Below, piece after piece: positions 18,094 through 27,590 of a DNA stretch of 64,000 bases; position 1 is the first letter of the stretch; every line of letters starts with the position of its first letter. This stretch comes from Bacteroidales bacterium (GTDB lineage Bacteria; Bacteroidota; Bacteroidia; Bacteroidales; WCHB1-69), in contig JAKSME010000002.1 of assembly GCA_024400785.1 (NCBI GenBank), positions 9,598 to 73,597 on the forward strand. Reading direction: 5' to 3'. Made by a program: the position numbers and the translations under genes. The notes beneath the pieces were generated by a model, which searched no databases, had not been told where the DNA came from, and worked only from the letters and a program-made list of their open reading frames with translations.

Positions 18094-20808
18094 ATGCCAC
18101 TAATAATCAACGGTCGTTTGTTATTTATATTGCGATACTTCATCGCATTGGTTTTCAGTATGTTATGCTTTACTTTATCATCACAAAACATCATTTCTTC
18201 TTCAATTGATACGACAGGCCATGCGGATTCATTGAAAAATCCCGTCTTTTCTCTTGCGGAAAATGACACCAATTTTCTACAAGATTCTATCATACAAACA
18301 GATACCTTGTACAAAAAATTGTCGAAGGATGCCGTTGAGCAGCAGGTGAAATACGAGGCGGAAGACTCAATTGTGGTGCAATTGAAGAACCGCATCACGC
18401 ATCTTTATGGGAATGCCGTGGTATATTACGATGACCTTGAGTTGCACGCCGACTACATTCGCATCAACTTTGAGACACAGGAGTTGTTTGCGGAAGGCGT
18501 TGCCGATACATTGGGGAATGTTCACGGGCATCCCACCTTCAAACAGGGAGAAACTTTCTTCCGCGCGCACACCATCAAATATAACTTCAACACCACGAAA
18601 GGCATTATCAGTGATGTTATTACGGTGGAGGGAGAAGGTTACATTCATGGAGAGAAGGTTAAGAAATTGGATGACAATACCTCATTCATCAAGAAAGGGA
18701 AATATACCACTTGTGAGTTAGACCATCCGCACTTTGAAATAGCCTTCACGAAGGCGAAGGTCATGCCGAATGATAAAATTGTGACGGGGCCCGCGTATCT
18801 GAGTTTTGGCGGCATTCCCACCTTTTTGGCGATTCCGTTCGGTTATTTTCCCATTCAGAAGGGACGGCGTTCCGGGATTGTGATGCCCACCATCGGCGAA
18901 TCATCGAACCGAGGTTTTTACATGGAAAATTTCGGTTATTACTTCGGCATCAACGACAATGTCGACTTATTGTTGGCGGGAGACATTTACACCAACGGCA
19001 GCTGGGCCGTGAAATTGCGTTCCAATTACGTGGTTCGCTACAAATGCACCGGCAACGTCAACCTCAGTTTCGCGCAAAACTTCTTCGGTGAAAAATTCAC
19101 CCCCAGTCGCTACACCAGCAACGACTTCAAGATTCATTGGGAGCACAAGCAGGATGCCAAGTCGCACCCCACCACCCGCTTTTCAGCGCACGTAGACATC
19201 GTAAGCAGCAGCTTCAACAAATACAATCCGTCAAGTGTAAATGACTATCTTTCAAATCAATACACTTCAAAACTCAATCTTTCCACCAGTGCAAAAGGTA
19301 TATTTTTCGTAGACATGACCGCCTCGTACACCCAAAACACAAAAACGGGGCAGGTGGACATTTCGCTGCCCGACGTGAGCATGTCGGTCAGCCAATTTTA
19401 TCCTTTCAGAAAAAAGAATAAAACCAAGTTGAAATGGTATGACAACATCTCCATGAAATGGAATTCGCAGTTTGTCAACCGGCTCGCGACGCAAGACAGC
19501 ATGATTTTGAAACCGGAAACCTGGCAGAATCTGCAGTTGGGGATGAAGCACTCCATTCCCATCACCATACCCATCAAGATTGCGAAACTCATCAACTGGA
19601 ACACCAACATCAATCTGACGGAAAAATGGTACTTACAGCGAGAACTTCAAGAATTTCAGGCAGTTGAGAATGAAGGATACATGACTTCCAGCATCAACCG
19701 TGTGATGCAGCGCAATTTTTATGCCTTACATGACATCAGCGTTTCGACATCGCTCACCACAAAGATTTACTTCTTATATCAAGCCAAGAAGGAGAAAGGC
19801 GCGGCTTTGCGGCATGTAATGACACCGAATCTGAGTTTCACCTACTCCCCCAACCTAAGCGGGAAAACCTATGGTCAGTATTTCAATCCCCTGACGGGTG
19901 AGATGGTTGACTACTCCTTCTATGCCTACTCCATTTTCGGTGGGGTGAACACGCGCAGTTCGGCCATCGCGCGCATCAACATTGCGAACAATGTGGAAAT
20001 GAAGGTGCGTTCGAAGAAAGATACCATCACCGGAATGAAGAAGATTGTGTTGTTGGAAAATCTCACCGTGGGCTGTTACTATGATTTTGCGGCCGACTCA
20101 CTCAACTGGTCGCCGCTCACCATTTCAGGGCGAACGACGCTGTTCAAACAGCTCTACATCACCTTCAACATTGGTTTCGACCCCTACTGCTACAACGACC
20201 GGGGCATTCGCATCAACCGCACAGAATGGAAGGAAAACCACCGTTTGATGCGCTTTTCAAACTCCGACCTGGCCCTCAGTTTGAACTGGACCATCAACCA
20301 AGATTATTTCAAAGGGAGGAAGGAGAAAAAACAGCAACAGCAACAACAGCAAGAGGAACTGTTTACCGAAAACACCCTCGGCATGCCGACGAAACGTCCC
20401 GATTTCAACAATCCATGGTCATTAACTCTCAGCTACACATTTGCTTACACCGTGAAAGACAATCTCTACTTCTACATGAATCCAACTTATTACACATTGT
20501 ACGGGCTGGGGCGCGAGGATGTTGAAAAGGCCCATACCGGCAAAATCGTGCAGACATTGAACATTAGCGGTGATGTCAACATCACAAAAAAGTGGAAGAT
20601 TGGTTTCACAACGGGATACGACTTTGCACAGAAAGATTTTTCCTACACCTCCATCGATATCTACAGAGACCTGCATTGTTGGGAGATGCGTTTCAACTGG
20701 ATTCCGTTCGGGAACAGACGTGGTTGGAGCTTTACCATCAACGTGAAAGCATCTGTACTTCAAGACCTTAAGTACAATATGAAGAGAGACTTCCGAGAAA
20801 ACTTCTAA
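18094..20808 (+). CDS. lptD: LptD/OstA-like outer-membrane LPS-assembly protein
   Basis: 904 aa: N-terminal OstA-like segment (VVYYDDLELHADYIRINF...), then a long region rich in alternating aromatic beta-strand patterns. Size and context (LPS genes downstream) match the Bacteroidota putative LptD. Exact start uncertain. Confidence 0.7.
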   Translation: MPLIINGRLLFILRYFIALVFSMLCFTLSSQNIISSSIDTTGHADSLKNPVFSLAENDTNFLQDSIIQTDTLYKKLSKDAVEQQVKYEAEDSIVVQLKNRITHLYGNAVVYYDDLELHADYIRINFETQELFAEGVADTLGNVHGHPTFKQGETFFRAHTIKYNFNTTKGIISDVITVEGEGYIHGEKVKKLDDNTSFIKKGKYTTCELDHPHFEIAFTKAKVMPNDKIVTGPAYLSFGGIPTFLAIPFGYFPIQKGRRSGIVMPTIGESSNRGFYMENFGYYFGINDNVDLLLAGDIYTNGSWAVKLRSNYVVRYKCTGNVNLSFAQNFFGEKFTPSRYTSNDFKIHWEHKQDAKSHPTTRFSAHVDIVSSSFNKYNPSSVNDYLSNQYTSKLNLSTSAKGIFFVDMTASYTQNTKTGQVDISLPDVSMSVSQFYPFRKKNKTKLKWYDNISMKWNSQFVNRLATQDSMILKPETWQNLQLGMKHSIPITIPIKIAKLINWNTNINLTEKWYLQRELQEFQAVENEGYMTSSINRVMQRNFYALHDISVSTSLTTKIYFLYQAKKEKGAALRHVMTPNLSFTYSPNLSGKTYGQYFNPLTGEMVDYSFYAYSIFGGVNTRSSAIARINIANNVEMKVRSKKDTITGMKKIVLLENLTVGCYYDFAADSLNWSPLTISGRTTLFKQLYITFNIGFDPYCYNDRGIRINRTEWKENHRLMRFSNSDLALSLNWTINQDYFKGRKEKKQQQQQQQEELFTENTLGMPTKRPDFNNPWSLTLSYTFAYTVKDNLYFYMNPTYYTLYGLGREDVEKAHTGKIVQTLNISGDVNITKKWKIGFTTGYDFAQKDFSYTSIDIYRDLHCWEMRFNWIPFGNRRGWSFTINVKASVLQDLKYNMKRDFRENF

Positions 20809-20857
20809 AAAATTTTCAACTTACCCAAGATTTTGGGTGAAGATTACGTTTTATAAT

Positions 20858-21418
20858 ATGCTCAAACAGTTAACAGAAGAAGGGTTACAGCAATTGGTAG
20901 CTGAGTGCAAGGCCGAAAAGCGGCGGGCGCAGCACAAATTATTCCAGTTGTTTTACGGCAAGGTGATGGCTGTTTGCATGCGTTATGCGAAAGACGAGGA
21001 AGAAGCGCAGGATATGCTGAACGAAGGTTTTTTGAAAATTTTCACCCAAATTGACAAATACGAAAGCACAGGATCTTTTGAAGCCTGGCTGAAAAAAGTC
21101 ATCATCAATACTTGCATCGACTACCAGAGAAAATACAAAACGCTCACTCAAACCACCAACTTTGATGACATTCCGGAAACTGAAATGCGAACAACGGAAG
21201 AAAACATCGCAATTTCCAAAATGAGTACAGATGAACTTTTGCAACTCATTCAACAACTGCCACCCACTACACGAAACGTCTTCAACTTATACGTTTTTGA
21301 AGAATATCCTCATGCTGAAATTGCCAAGCTGCTGGACATGAAAGAGGGCACCTCCCATTGGCACCTCAATTTTGCCCGTACAAAATTAAAAGAAATGATT
21401 AACGCCCGAAACTGCTAA
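20858..21418 (+). CDS. RNA polymerase sigma-70 factor, ECF subfamily
   Basis: Region 2 (LFQLFYGKVMAVCMRYAKDEEEAQDMLNEGFLKIF) and region 4 (TRNVFNLYVFEEYPHAEIAKLLDMKEGTSHWHLNFARTKL). Start set to the ATG at 20858 rather than the GTG at 20837. Confidence 0.85.
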   Translation: MLKQLTEEGLQQLVAECKAEKRRAQHKLFQLFYGKVMAVCMRYAKDEEEAQDMLNEGFLKIFTQIDKYESTGSFEAWLKKVIINTCIDYQRKYKTLTQTTNFDDIPETEMRTTEENIAISKMSTDELLQLIQQLPPTTRNVFNLYVFEEYPHAEIAKLLDMKEGTSHWHLNFARTKLKEMINARNC

Positions 21419-21421
21419 TAT

Positions 21422-21931
21422 ATGTCTGAATTCGACCAACTCATCCGAGAAAAAATCAACAATAAAAAGTATGAATATTCTGCTAAAAGCTGGCAGAGTT
21501 TCACTAAAAAAGCCGGTTGGAAATCAAGACTAACTGCTTTACAAACAGCTACTATCATAATAGCAAGCGTGATTGTTGTTTCTTGTGGATGTTTATTAGG
21601 TTATAAGTTTTTACATTCTGAAAACAGTCTGCCTGTTCAGTCTGAGACAGAACAACCGTGCCAAAATTTGGTTGCTTCCGACACCGTTTCAGCAACAACA
21701 GTTGAAACTGACGATAAGATTGCTGACGGACAAAATAGCCAAGAAAAAAAGATAGAAGCGGCAACGGATAAAGCTTCCAAAGTAGCAGAAGACAATGAAA
21801 ACAGGAACCAAGTTTCCGTGGCCGACACCACAAGCACAAAACCCGCTAAAGAGAGAAAAATTGTCACCCGCGAACGTGTGAGAAAGATTTTTGTCATCGA
21901 TACCGACACCATTCCTTCCAACGATTTTTAA
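21422..21931 (+). CDS. single-pass membrane protein, possible anti-sigma factor
   Basis: Starts 3 nt after the sigma-factor stop. Short cytoplasmic N-terminus, one TM helix (TATIIIASVIVVSCGCLLGY), low-complexity exterior. The call rests on position only. Confidence 0.35.
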   Translation: MSEFDQLIREKINNKKYEYSAKSWQSFTKKAGWKSRLTALQTATIIIASVIVVSCGCLLGYKFLHSENSLPVQSETEQPCQNLVASDTVSATTVETDDKIADGQNSQEKKIEAATDKASKVAEDNENRNQVSVADTTSTKPAKERKIVTRERVRKIFVIDTDTIPSNDF

Positions 21932-21957
21932 TTTTATTTTTTTTCTTAAAAAAGTTG

Positions 21958-21965
21958 TATTTTTG
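21958..21965 (+). promoter_or_regulatory. -7 promoter box TATTTTTG
   Basis: GTTGTATTTTTGCAC, translated as 'MYFC' in the ORF-track entry at 21955. Confidence 0.6.
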
Positions 21966-21987
21966 CACTCACTATTTTGGTGCATAT

Positions 21988-23148
21988 ATGACTGATAAAT
22001 TTGAGTCCATCCGACATTTCAACAAACGGGAGGCCATTGTTGTGCGAAGAGAAATCTTTGCAGATCCGGCTTTTGCTCATGCCTTGGAAAAACTCAACAT
22101 GGGTGTTACCGTTGAAGATTTCAAGGAACAATGCAAAACCTTCCAAACACACTATGACTTTCAAAAAGCCGTACCCGGACGTTTTCTGAAGTTCTACTCC
22201 GACAAAACCACCACCCAAGTCACTTGCCAAGGACTTGAAAACCTTGATAGAAACAAAGCTTACCTTTTCATTGCCAACCACCGCGACATCATTATGGATT
22301 CTGCTTATTTGCAGATGTATTTCTTTGATAATGATGTAAATACGTCAAAAATTGCCATTGGCGACAATTTGGTTTCCACTCCCCTCTTGCTGAACATTGC
22401 GAAGTTGAACAAAATGTTTTTGGTCAAACGCAGTGCTTCTTTGCGTGAAAAGCTCATCAATTCCAAAGAACTTTCGGAATACATCCATTACAGCATGACG
22501 GAAGAGAACGAATCGGTGTGGATTGCGCAAAGAAATGGCAGAACAAAGGATGGCATCGATATGACGCAACAAGGTTTGGTGAAGATGCTCACCTATTACG
22601 ATGATTCTCGCGAGATTCTGGATGTTTTGAAAGAGATGCACATCGTTCCACTCACCATTTCTTACGAATATGAGCCGTGCGACAATTTGAAAGCGAGAGA
22701 GTTGGCACTTTCAGAACACGAAAAATATGTGAAGAAGCCGGGTGAGGACTTCAACAGCGTATGTCAGGGGATTTTTGGCTTCAAGGGAAAAGTAAATTTC
22801 GTGATCGGCAAAGCCATCGACGACGAAATTGCCAAAATTCCAGTCGATTTGCGAAAAAATGACAAATTGACAGCAGTTTGCAAAATTATTGACGAACAAA
22901 TTTATACCAATTACAAACTTTACGAAACCAACTACATCGCTTACGATTATGTAGAAAACAGTCATGAATTTGCACAGTTTTACACAGAAGAACAAAAAGA
23001 AAAGTTTTTACAATATATTGATAAACAATCAATTACGGAAGATGTTGACGCACAAAAGATGAAGAGTTATCTACTTCAAATTTATGCCAACCCCGTAAGG
23101 ACCCATTATGGTAAAAATTTAATTAATAAAGAAGGAAACGATTGGTAA
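21988..23148 (+). CDS. PlsC-family acyltransferase (1-acyl-sn-glycerol-3-phosphate acyltransferase-like) with extra C-terminal domain
   Basis: HX4D box in FIANHRDIIMDS. ~386 aa from the ATG at 21988 (MTDKFES...). Confidence 0.7.
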   Translation: MTDKFESIRHFNKREAIVVRREIFADPAFAHALEKLNMGVTVEDFKEQCKTFQTHYDFQKAVPGRFLKFYSDKTTTQVTCQGLENLDRNKAYLFIANHRDIIMDSAYLQMYFFDNDVNTSKIAIGDNLVSTPLLLNIAKLNKMFLVKRSASLREKLINSKELSEYIHYSMTEENESVWIAQRNGRTKDGIDMTQQGLVKMLTYYDDSREILDVLKEMHIVPLTISYEYEPCDNLKARELALSEHEKYVKKPGEDFNSVCQGIFGFKGKVNFVIGKAIDDEIAKIPVDLRKNDKLTAVCKIIDEQIYTNYKLYETNYIAYDYVENSHEFAQFYTEEQKEKFLQYIDKQSITEDVDAQKMKSYLLQIYANPVRTHYGKNLINKEGNDW

Positions 23149-23149
23149 A

Positions 23150-24157
23150 ATGAATGATGTTCAACCTCCATCGGGCCATAAAATTCTCATCATACGATTC
23201 AGTTCCATCGGGGACATCGTACTCACGACTCCTGTAGTACGCGCTGTAAAACAGCAACTTCCCAATGCTGAAGTGCATTTTTTGGTCAAAAGTTCCAATG
23301 CCACATTGATGCAAAACAACCCGTACATCAACAAAGTCCACCTATGGGGAAGCGACAATTCGGATGTGGTAAAAGATTTGAAGAAAGAGCAGTTTGATTT
23401 TATCGTGGATTTGCAAAAAAACCACAAGTCGCGGAAATTGATTAACAAGTTGGGCCGTCCCCACAAATCATTTCCAAAGTGCAACATCAAAAAGGCGGTG
23501 TTAGTGGGTACGAAAATGAACTTTCTACCACAAAAACACATTGTGGAGCGTTATTTTGAAGCCGTAAAACCGCTGAATGTCACCAACGACGGCCAAGGAT
23601 TGGATTTCTTTATTCCAGAAACGGAAAAGTTTGATACTCAGAATCTTCCGGCGAGCTTTGAAAATGGTTACATCGCGGTAGCAGTCGGTGCCAAACATGC
23701 CACCAAGCGCATTCCTCCCGAAAAAATCATCGAAATCGGCAACCTGTTGTTCAAGCCAATGATTCTTTTGGGCGACAAAAACGACCTGCCAGCCGCGGAA
23801 AAGATTGTGGCCGCATTAAACGGGAAAGCGTTGAACGCCTGCGGACAATACTCCATCAACACCACTGCTTCTATAGTGGAGCAGAGCGACTGTGTGCTGA
23901 CAGCCGACACCGGTATCATGCACATAGCTGCAGCGTTGCGCAAACCGATTACTTCGTTGTGGGGAAACACGGTGCCAGAGTTGGGAATGTATCCTTACAC
24001 CGCACCGGAGGCTCCCACCGCAAGAATCTTCGAAATTCCCTATTTAAAATGCCGTCCCTGCTCCAAACTTGGCTTCGACAAATGCCCGCACCGCCATTTT
24101 AAATGCATGAACCTCATCTCCTCCTACGAAGTCGCAGATTGGATTAATCAATTCTAA
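23150..24157 (+). CDS. glycosyltransferase family 9 (heptosyltransferase-like, LPS core)
   Basis: KILIIRFSSIGDIVLTTPVVRAVK N-terminus and DTGIMHIAAAL C-terminal motif, typical of GT9. Confidence 0.8.
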   Translation: MNDVQPPSGHKILIIRFSSIGDIVLTTPVVRAVKQQLPNAEVHFLVKSSNATLMQNNPYINKVHLWGSDNSDVVKDLKKEQFDFIVDLQKNHKSRKLINKLGRPHKSFPKCNIKKAVLVGTKMNFLPQKHIVERYFEAVKPLNVTNDGQGLDFFIPETEKFDTQNLPASFENGYIAVAVGAKHATKRIPPEKIIEIGNLLFKPMILLGDKNDLPAAEKIVAALNGKALNACGQYSINTTASIVEQSDCVLTADTGIMHIAAALRKPITSLWGNTVPELGMYPYTAPEAPTARIFEIPYLKCRPCSKLGFDKCPHRHFKCMNLISSYEVADWINQF

Positions 24158-24158
24158 A

Positions 24159-25208
24159 TTGAAAAAAATACGATTAATTCTGTTATATCCACTCGGCGCC
24201 ATTTATGGTGCTATTTCATTGTTGCGCAGAATGTTATATAAAAAAAAGGTGAAAAGATTTTCACCCACTACTGTGCCAACAATTTGCATAGGAAACCTCG
24301 CAGTGGGAGGCACCGGCAAAACCCCACACACAGAATATCTTTTACGTTGGTTGAGTTCCAACCACAAAATTGCGACTTTGAGCCGCGGCTACGGAAGGAA
24401 AACACACGGCTATATAGAAGCCCACACGGAATCAACGGCTGAACAGGTGGGAGACGAACCTCTGCAAATGAAACAGAAATTTCCAGAGGTAACAGTGGCG
24501 GTTTGTGAAAAGCGAGTCATCGGATTACAGCGACTCATGAGCGGAACAAATCCTCCTGAAGTGGTTTTATTGGATGATGCCTATCAGCATTTGGCAGTTA
24601 AATGCGGTTTGCAAATTTTATTAACTGATTATGCGTCAATGTATTGTGATGATTTTCCGATGCCAGCGGGAAATTTGAGGGAATTTCGTTGCGCCGCCAG
24701 CGAAGCTGAAATCATCATCGTTACCAAATGCCCGGAAGAGCTTGGGAAGAAAGAAGCGGAAAAGATTCGCAGAAGATTGAAGGTCACTGCGGAGCAAGCG
24801 TGCTTTTTTACCACATTGCAATACGGAGAACCGAAGCCGCTCAATGCAGCCGCAGAGGGAAACACTCTATCTTCAAAAAACGACATTGTTTTTGTTTCTG
24901 GCATTGCGCATCCAGAGCACGCATATCGCTATTTAGCATCGCAATTCTCTGATGTTAAATCAGTTGAATTTAGAGACCATCACAATTTCAGTAAGTATGA
25001 AATTGAATTACTGCGCAAAAAAGTTGCAGAGAGCAAGGGTAAAAAAGTCCTCTTTTTTACAGAAAAAGATGCTGCCCGACTCAACGGGACGAAGGAGTGG
25101 GGAAAGTTGTCGGAAATTCCCGCATACAGTCTGCCGATTCAAGTGAGATTTTTGTGGGAAGAGGAGAAATTCCAAGAAATCATTGCGGGACTGTGGTCGG
25201 CGAAATAG
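24159..25208 (+). CDS. lpxK: tetraacyldisaccharide 4'-kinase
   Basis: P-loop GNLAVGGTGKTP and LSRGYGRK. TTG start 1 nt after the GT9 stop codon (coupled); no nearby ATG preserves the conserved N-terminus. Confidence 0.9.
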   Translation: MKKIRLILLYPLGAIYGAISLLRRMLYKKKVKRFSPTTVPTICIGNLAVGGTGKTPHTEYLLRWLSSNHKIATLSRGYGRKTHGYIEAHTESTAEQVGDEPLQMKQKFPEVTVAVCEKRVIGLQRLMSGTNPPEVVLLDDAYQHLAVKCGLQILLTDYASMYCDDFPMPAGNLREFRCAASEAEIIIVTKCPEELGKKEAEKIRRRLKVTAEQACFFTTLQYGEPKPLNAAAEGNTLSSKNDIVFVSGIAHPEHAYRYLASQFSDVKSVEFRDHHNFSKYEIELLRKKVAESKGKKVLFFTEKDAARLNGTKEWGKLSEIPAYSLPIQVRFLWEEEKFQEIIAGLWSAK

Positions 25209-25218
25209 CGAACAAGCT

Positions 25219-26019
25219 CTATTTCATCGTTTCGCGGCGAACGATACGGGTAAGAATGGGTGTTTTAATATTCAGCGGGGTAATTTTTGAGAAGAAGTGC
25301 CCGACTGGGTTGACTAAGATTTCGCGTTTTCCGAGCAGCGTTTCCAACACGCATTTTTTAGCGACATGCTGCGTAGATACCAAGGTCAGTTTGCCCAAAT
25401 GCCCTTGTTTTTGGATTCGCGCAATGATGTCGGGGCTTGTTGCCATGGCGCCGGGGCATACCACGCTGACTGACAATCCTTTCTTACGGTATTCGGCTCG
25501 CAAGCTCATAGAGAAATTGTAGATGAAAGCCTTGCTGGCGGGGTAAACCATTTTGTAACCGATGGGGGTGAGGGCGGCCATACTGGCAACATTCAGCACA
25601 TAACTCTTATCTTGACGTAATAAATTATCAATCAATAATTTAGTTAGTAATGTTGTAGCTTTGACGTTCAAGTCCAAAATTTTTTCCACATACTCAACCC
25701 CTACCTCTTCAAAACAGCGAGATCCGCCGATACCGGCATTGTTAATCAGAAGAAAAACCTCATACTTGCTATTGATTTCTTGTGCGGCATCGAAGAGGCT
25801 TTGTCGGTTCGTTAAATCCGCAACAATATATTGAGAATCAACATGATAAGTATTTCTCAATTCAGTACAAAATGCCGAAATTTGGTCATTTGAGCTAACT
25901 AGAATCGGGTTGATTCCGCATCGGGCGAGTTCAATGGAAAAAGACTTGCCCAGTCCGCGGCTGGCTCCGGTAACCACGGCATATTTTCCGTTAATTTTTT
26001 CCTTCAGCGATTTCAGCAT
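25219..26019 (-). CDS. SDR family oxidoreductase
   Basis: AVVTGASRGLG cofactor motif, NNAG, and catalytic YPASK. Confidence 0.85.
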   Translation of the reverse strand: MLKSLKEKINGKYAVVTGASRGLGKSFSIELARCGINPILVSSNDQISAFCTELRNTYHVDSQYIVADLTNRQSLFDAAQEINSKYEVFLLINNAGIGGSRCFEEVGVEYVEKILDLNVKATTLLTKLLIDNLLRQDKSYVLNVASMAALTPIGYKMVYPASKAFIYNFSMSLRAEYRKKGLSVSVVCPGAMATSPDIIARIQKQGHLGKLTLVSTQHVAKKCVLETLLGKREILVNPVGHFFSKITPLNIKTPILTRIVRRETMK

Positions 26020-27133
26020 GGTTTTCTATCGACTTTTTATAGCATCTTCTTCTACAGAAAGGTTCGCAGTCATAATATTTGGGCCAAATACGGTTGGCTG
26101 GGTTATCTTCCAATTGCTGGGAGGTAAAAGCGAACTCATAACCATTTTCTAAGAAGGTCTCGTTCAATTGTTTATGATAGAGGAGATGGACACCGGAGTT
26201 GGCGTATTCTGGGAGGATACCGGTGAGATACATATCCACTTTGTCGTTTTTGTGGAGGGCGCGAAGGATGGGAAGCCAACCGAACGGAAAGAGTTTTCCA
26301 TTGGCTTTTTGGAAAGCCTCGCTGAGAGAGGGCAGGCAGAAAGAAATCCCCACCAGTTTTCCATTTTCGTCTTCCAAAACAGAAATCAGATTCAGCACCG
26401 CCACCCCGAAATTACCTTTTACAACCCAGTCTATTTCCTTATCAGTCAAAGGAATAAAGTTAAAAATTTGATGGTAGCTTTTATTCAAAACTTTAAAGAA
26501 CTCTATGCCAATTTTTTTCAGTTCCTTCTTACTTTTATATTGTCTGATACTGACTTTACTTCGCTGTTCCACATGTTTTGCCATCCTTTCAATGGGTTCG
26601 GGAACGGCGAGCACTTTTACCTTATACTGGATATAATCCACTTCTTTTTCAAAGCCCCAATTTTCAACCAACTGGGGATAATAGGAAAAGTTGTAATCGG
26701 CTTCAATAGAGGAAGTTTTGTCGAAGCCATCGACGAGCATGGCCTGTTTTTGCATGTTGGAGAAGCGTGAAGGGCCGGCAATGGTATCCATGCCATTTTC
26801 TCTCCCCCATTGTTCGACCGTTTGCAGGAGCAATTTAGCAACTTCTTGATTATCAATAGTATCGAACCATCCAAAACGGATTCGTTTTTGGTTTTTCAGT
26901 TCATTGCAACGATGATTGATGATGCCCGCGATACGGCCGACGATTTCACCCTCTTGATAAGCGAGCCACATGCGCAACGAACAAAAATCCAAAGCGGGAT
27001 GACGGGTAAGGTCTTTCATCTCAGCATGATCCAACGGAGGAACAAAATGCGGAGAATCTTTGTACAATATTTTAGGGAAACGGACAAAATCCTTTAATTC
27101 TTTTTTGCTTAAAACTTCTTTAATAACAATCAT
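25991..27133 (-). CDS. putative GNAT-fold N-acyltransferase-like protein
   Basis: 380 aa. Central EIVGRIAGII...RFGWFD...GP segment resembles an acyl-CoA N-acyltransferase fold. Overlaps the downstream SDR gene by 29 nt. Assignment tentative. Confidence 0.45.
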   Translation of the reverse strand: MIVIKEVLSKKELKDFVRFPKILYKDSPHFVPPLDHAEMKDLTRHPALDFCSLRMWLAYQEGEIVGRIAGIINHRCNELKNQKRIRFGWFDTIDNQEVAKLLLQTVEQWGRENGMDTIAGPSRFSNMQKQAMLVDGFDKTSSIEADYNFSYYPQLVENWGFEKEVDYIQYKVKVLAVPEPIERMAKHVEQRSKVSIRQYKSKKELKKIGIEFFKVLNKSYHQIFNFIPLTDKEIDWVVKGNFGVAVLNLISVLEDENGKLVGISFCLPSLSEAFQKANGKLFPFGWLPILRALHKNDKVDMYLTGILPEYANSGVHLLYHKQLNETFLENGYEFAFTSQQLEDNPANRIWPKYYDCEPFCRRRCYKKSIENHAEIAEGKN

Positions 27134-27253
27134 AATGCTGCTAAAATGGCAAATTTGGGAGCAATATCTATGCCAAAAAGATGCAAAATTTTAGATAATG
27201 GCAAAAATAAGAAAAAAAAGCGAATGTCATGATTTAGTTATCACAAAAAAATG

Positions 27254-27261
27254 TATTTTTG
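27254..27261 (+). promoter_or_regulatory. -7 promoter box TATTTTTG of tRNA-Gly
   Basis: GTATTTTTGCAACCTCAA (27253-27270), 11 nt upstream of the tRNA. An identical 18-mer precedes tRNA-Glu at 45378-45395. Confidence 0.7.
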
Positions 27262-27272
27262 CAACCTCAAAA

Positions 27273-27345
27273 GCGGTAATAGCTCAGTTGGTAGAGCGGC
27301 AGCTTCCCAAGCTGCAGGTCGCGGGTTCGAGACCCGTTTACCGCT
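27273..27345 (+). tRNA. tRNA-Gly (anticodon CCC)
   Basis: Acceptor GCGGTAA/TTACCGC, D arm GCTC-AGTTGGTA-GAGC, anticodon stem GCAGC/GCTGC with loop TTCCCAA, T arm GCGGG-TTCGAGA-CCCGT, discriminator T. Confidence 0.95.
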
Positions 27346-27354
27346 CACAAAAAA

Positions 27355-27375
27355 GCCCGGGGCGTTGCCTCGGGC
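27355..27375 (+). terminator. hairpin terminator after tRNA-Gly
   Basis: GCCCGGGG-CGTTG-CCTCGGGC (8-bp stem with one G-U pair), followed by TTTACTTTT. Confidence 0.7.
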
Positions 27376-27396
27376 TTTACTTTTATCCATGCTTAA

Positions 27397-27440
27397 TTAC
27401 TTTCTCACACACTGCATGATGCTGTGCCCCAGTCCCAAAC
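27397..27440 (-). pseudogene. orphan 3' fragment (stop codon + last 13-14 codons) of an O-methyltransferase gene
   Basis: The minus strand reads ...LGLGHSIMQCVRK*, identical in protein to the C-terminus of the intact gene at 28789-29871 but with 4 synonymous differences. Homology ends at 27440 and no upstream coding sequence is attached. Confidence 0.6.
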
Positions 27441-27534
27441 TATAAATTTATATGTATCTGACTTATAAATAATTATAATAAAATCAAGTCTCAAAGTCAG
27501 GAAAAGATTTTTAGAAAACCACAATATTATTCTG

Positions 27535-27575
27535 AAAATATGAAGTGAATAATTATTCTATTCACTTCATATTTT
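27535..27575. promoter_or_regulatory. perfect 17-bp inverted repeat (candidate operator) upstream of fic
   Basis: AAAATATGAAGTGAATA (27535-27551) / TATTCACTTCATATTTT (27559-27575), 7-nt spacer. A third half-site, GTGAATAATT, recurs at 27579-27588, abutting the -7 box. Confidence 0.55.
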
Positions 27576-27590
27576 GATGTGAATAATTTG

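Larger units (their letters stand above)
27344..27440. repeat. left copy of the ~97-bp direct repeat (terminator hairpin + orphan methyltransferase 3' end)
   Basis: Aligns with 28735-28832 along its whole length: one extra A in the A-run plus 7 substitutions. Confidence 0.9.

Noticed and set aside
20332-20352. A CAG/CAA run (seven glutamine codons) in the LptD-like gene, considered as a possible slippage or phase-variation site.
   Set aside because: The mixed CAG/CAA codons break the perfect repeat, and changes in units of 3 nt would stay in frame. It is most likely a tolerated loop in a beta-barrel protein.
27251-27445. ORFs beginning MYFCNL... at 27251 and 45376, plus the MYFC/MYVC N-terminal extensions at 21955, 32103 and 58449.
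   Set aside because: MYFC is simply the translation of the promoter box ATGTATTTTTGC. The two MYFCNL ORFs read straight through the tRNA-Gly and tRNA-Glu genes.
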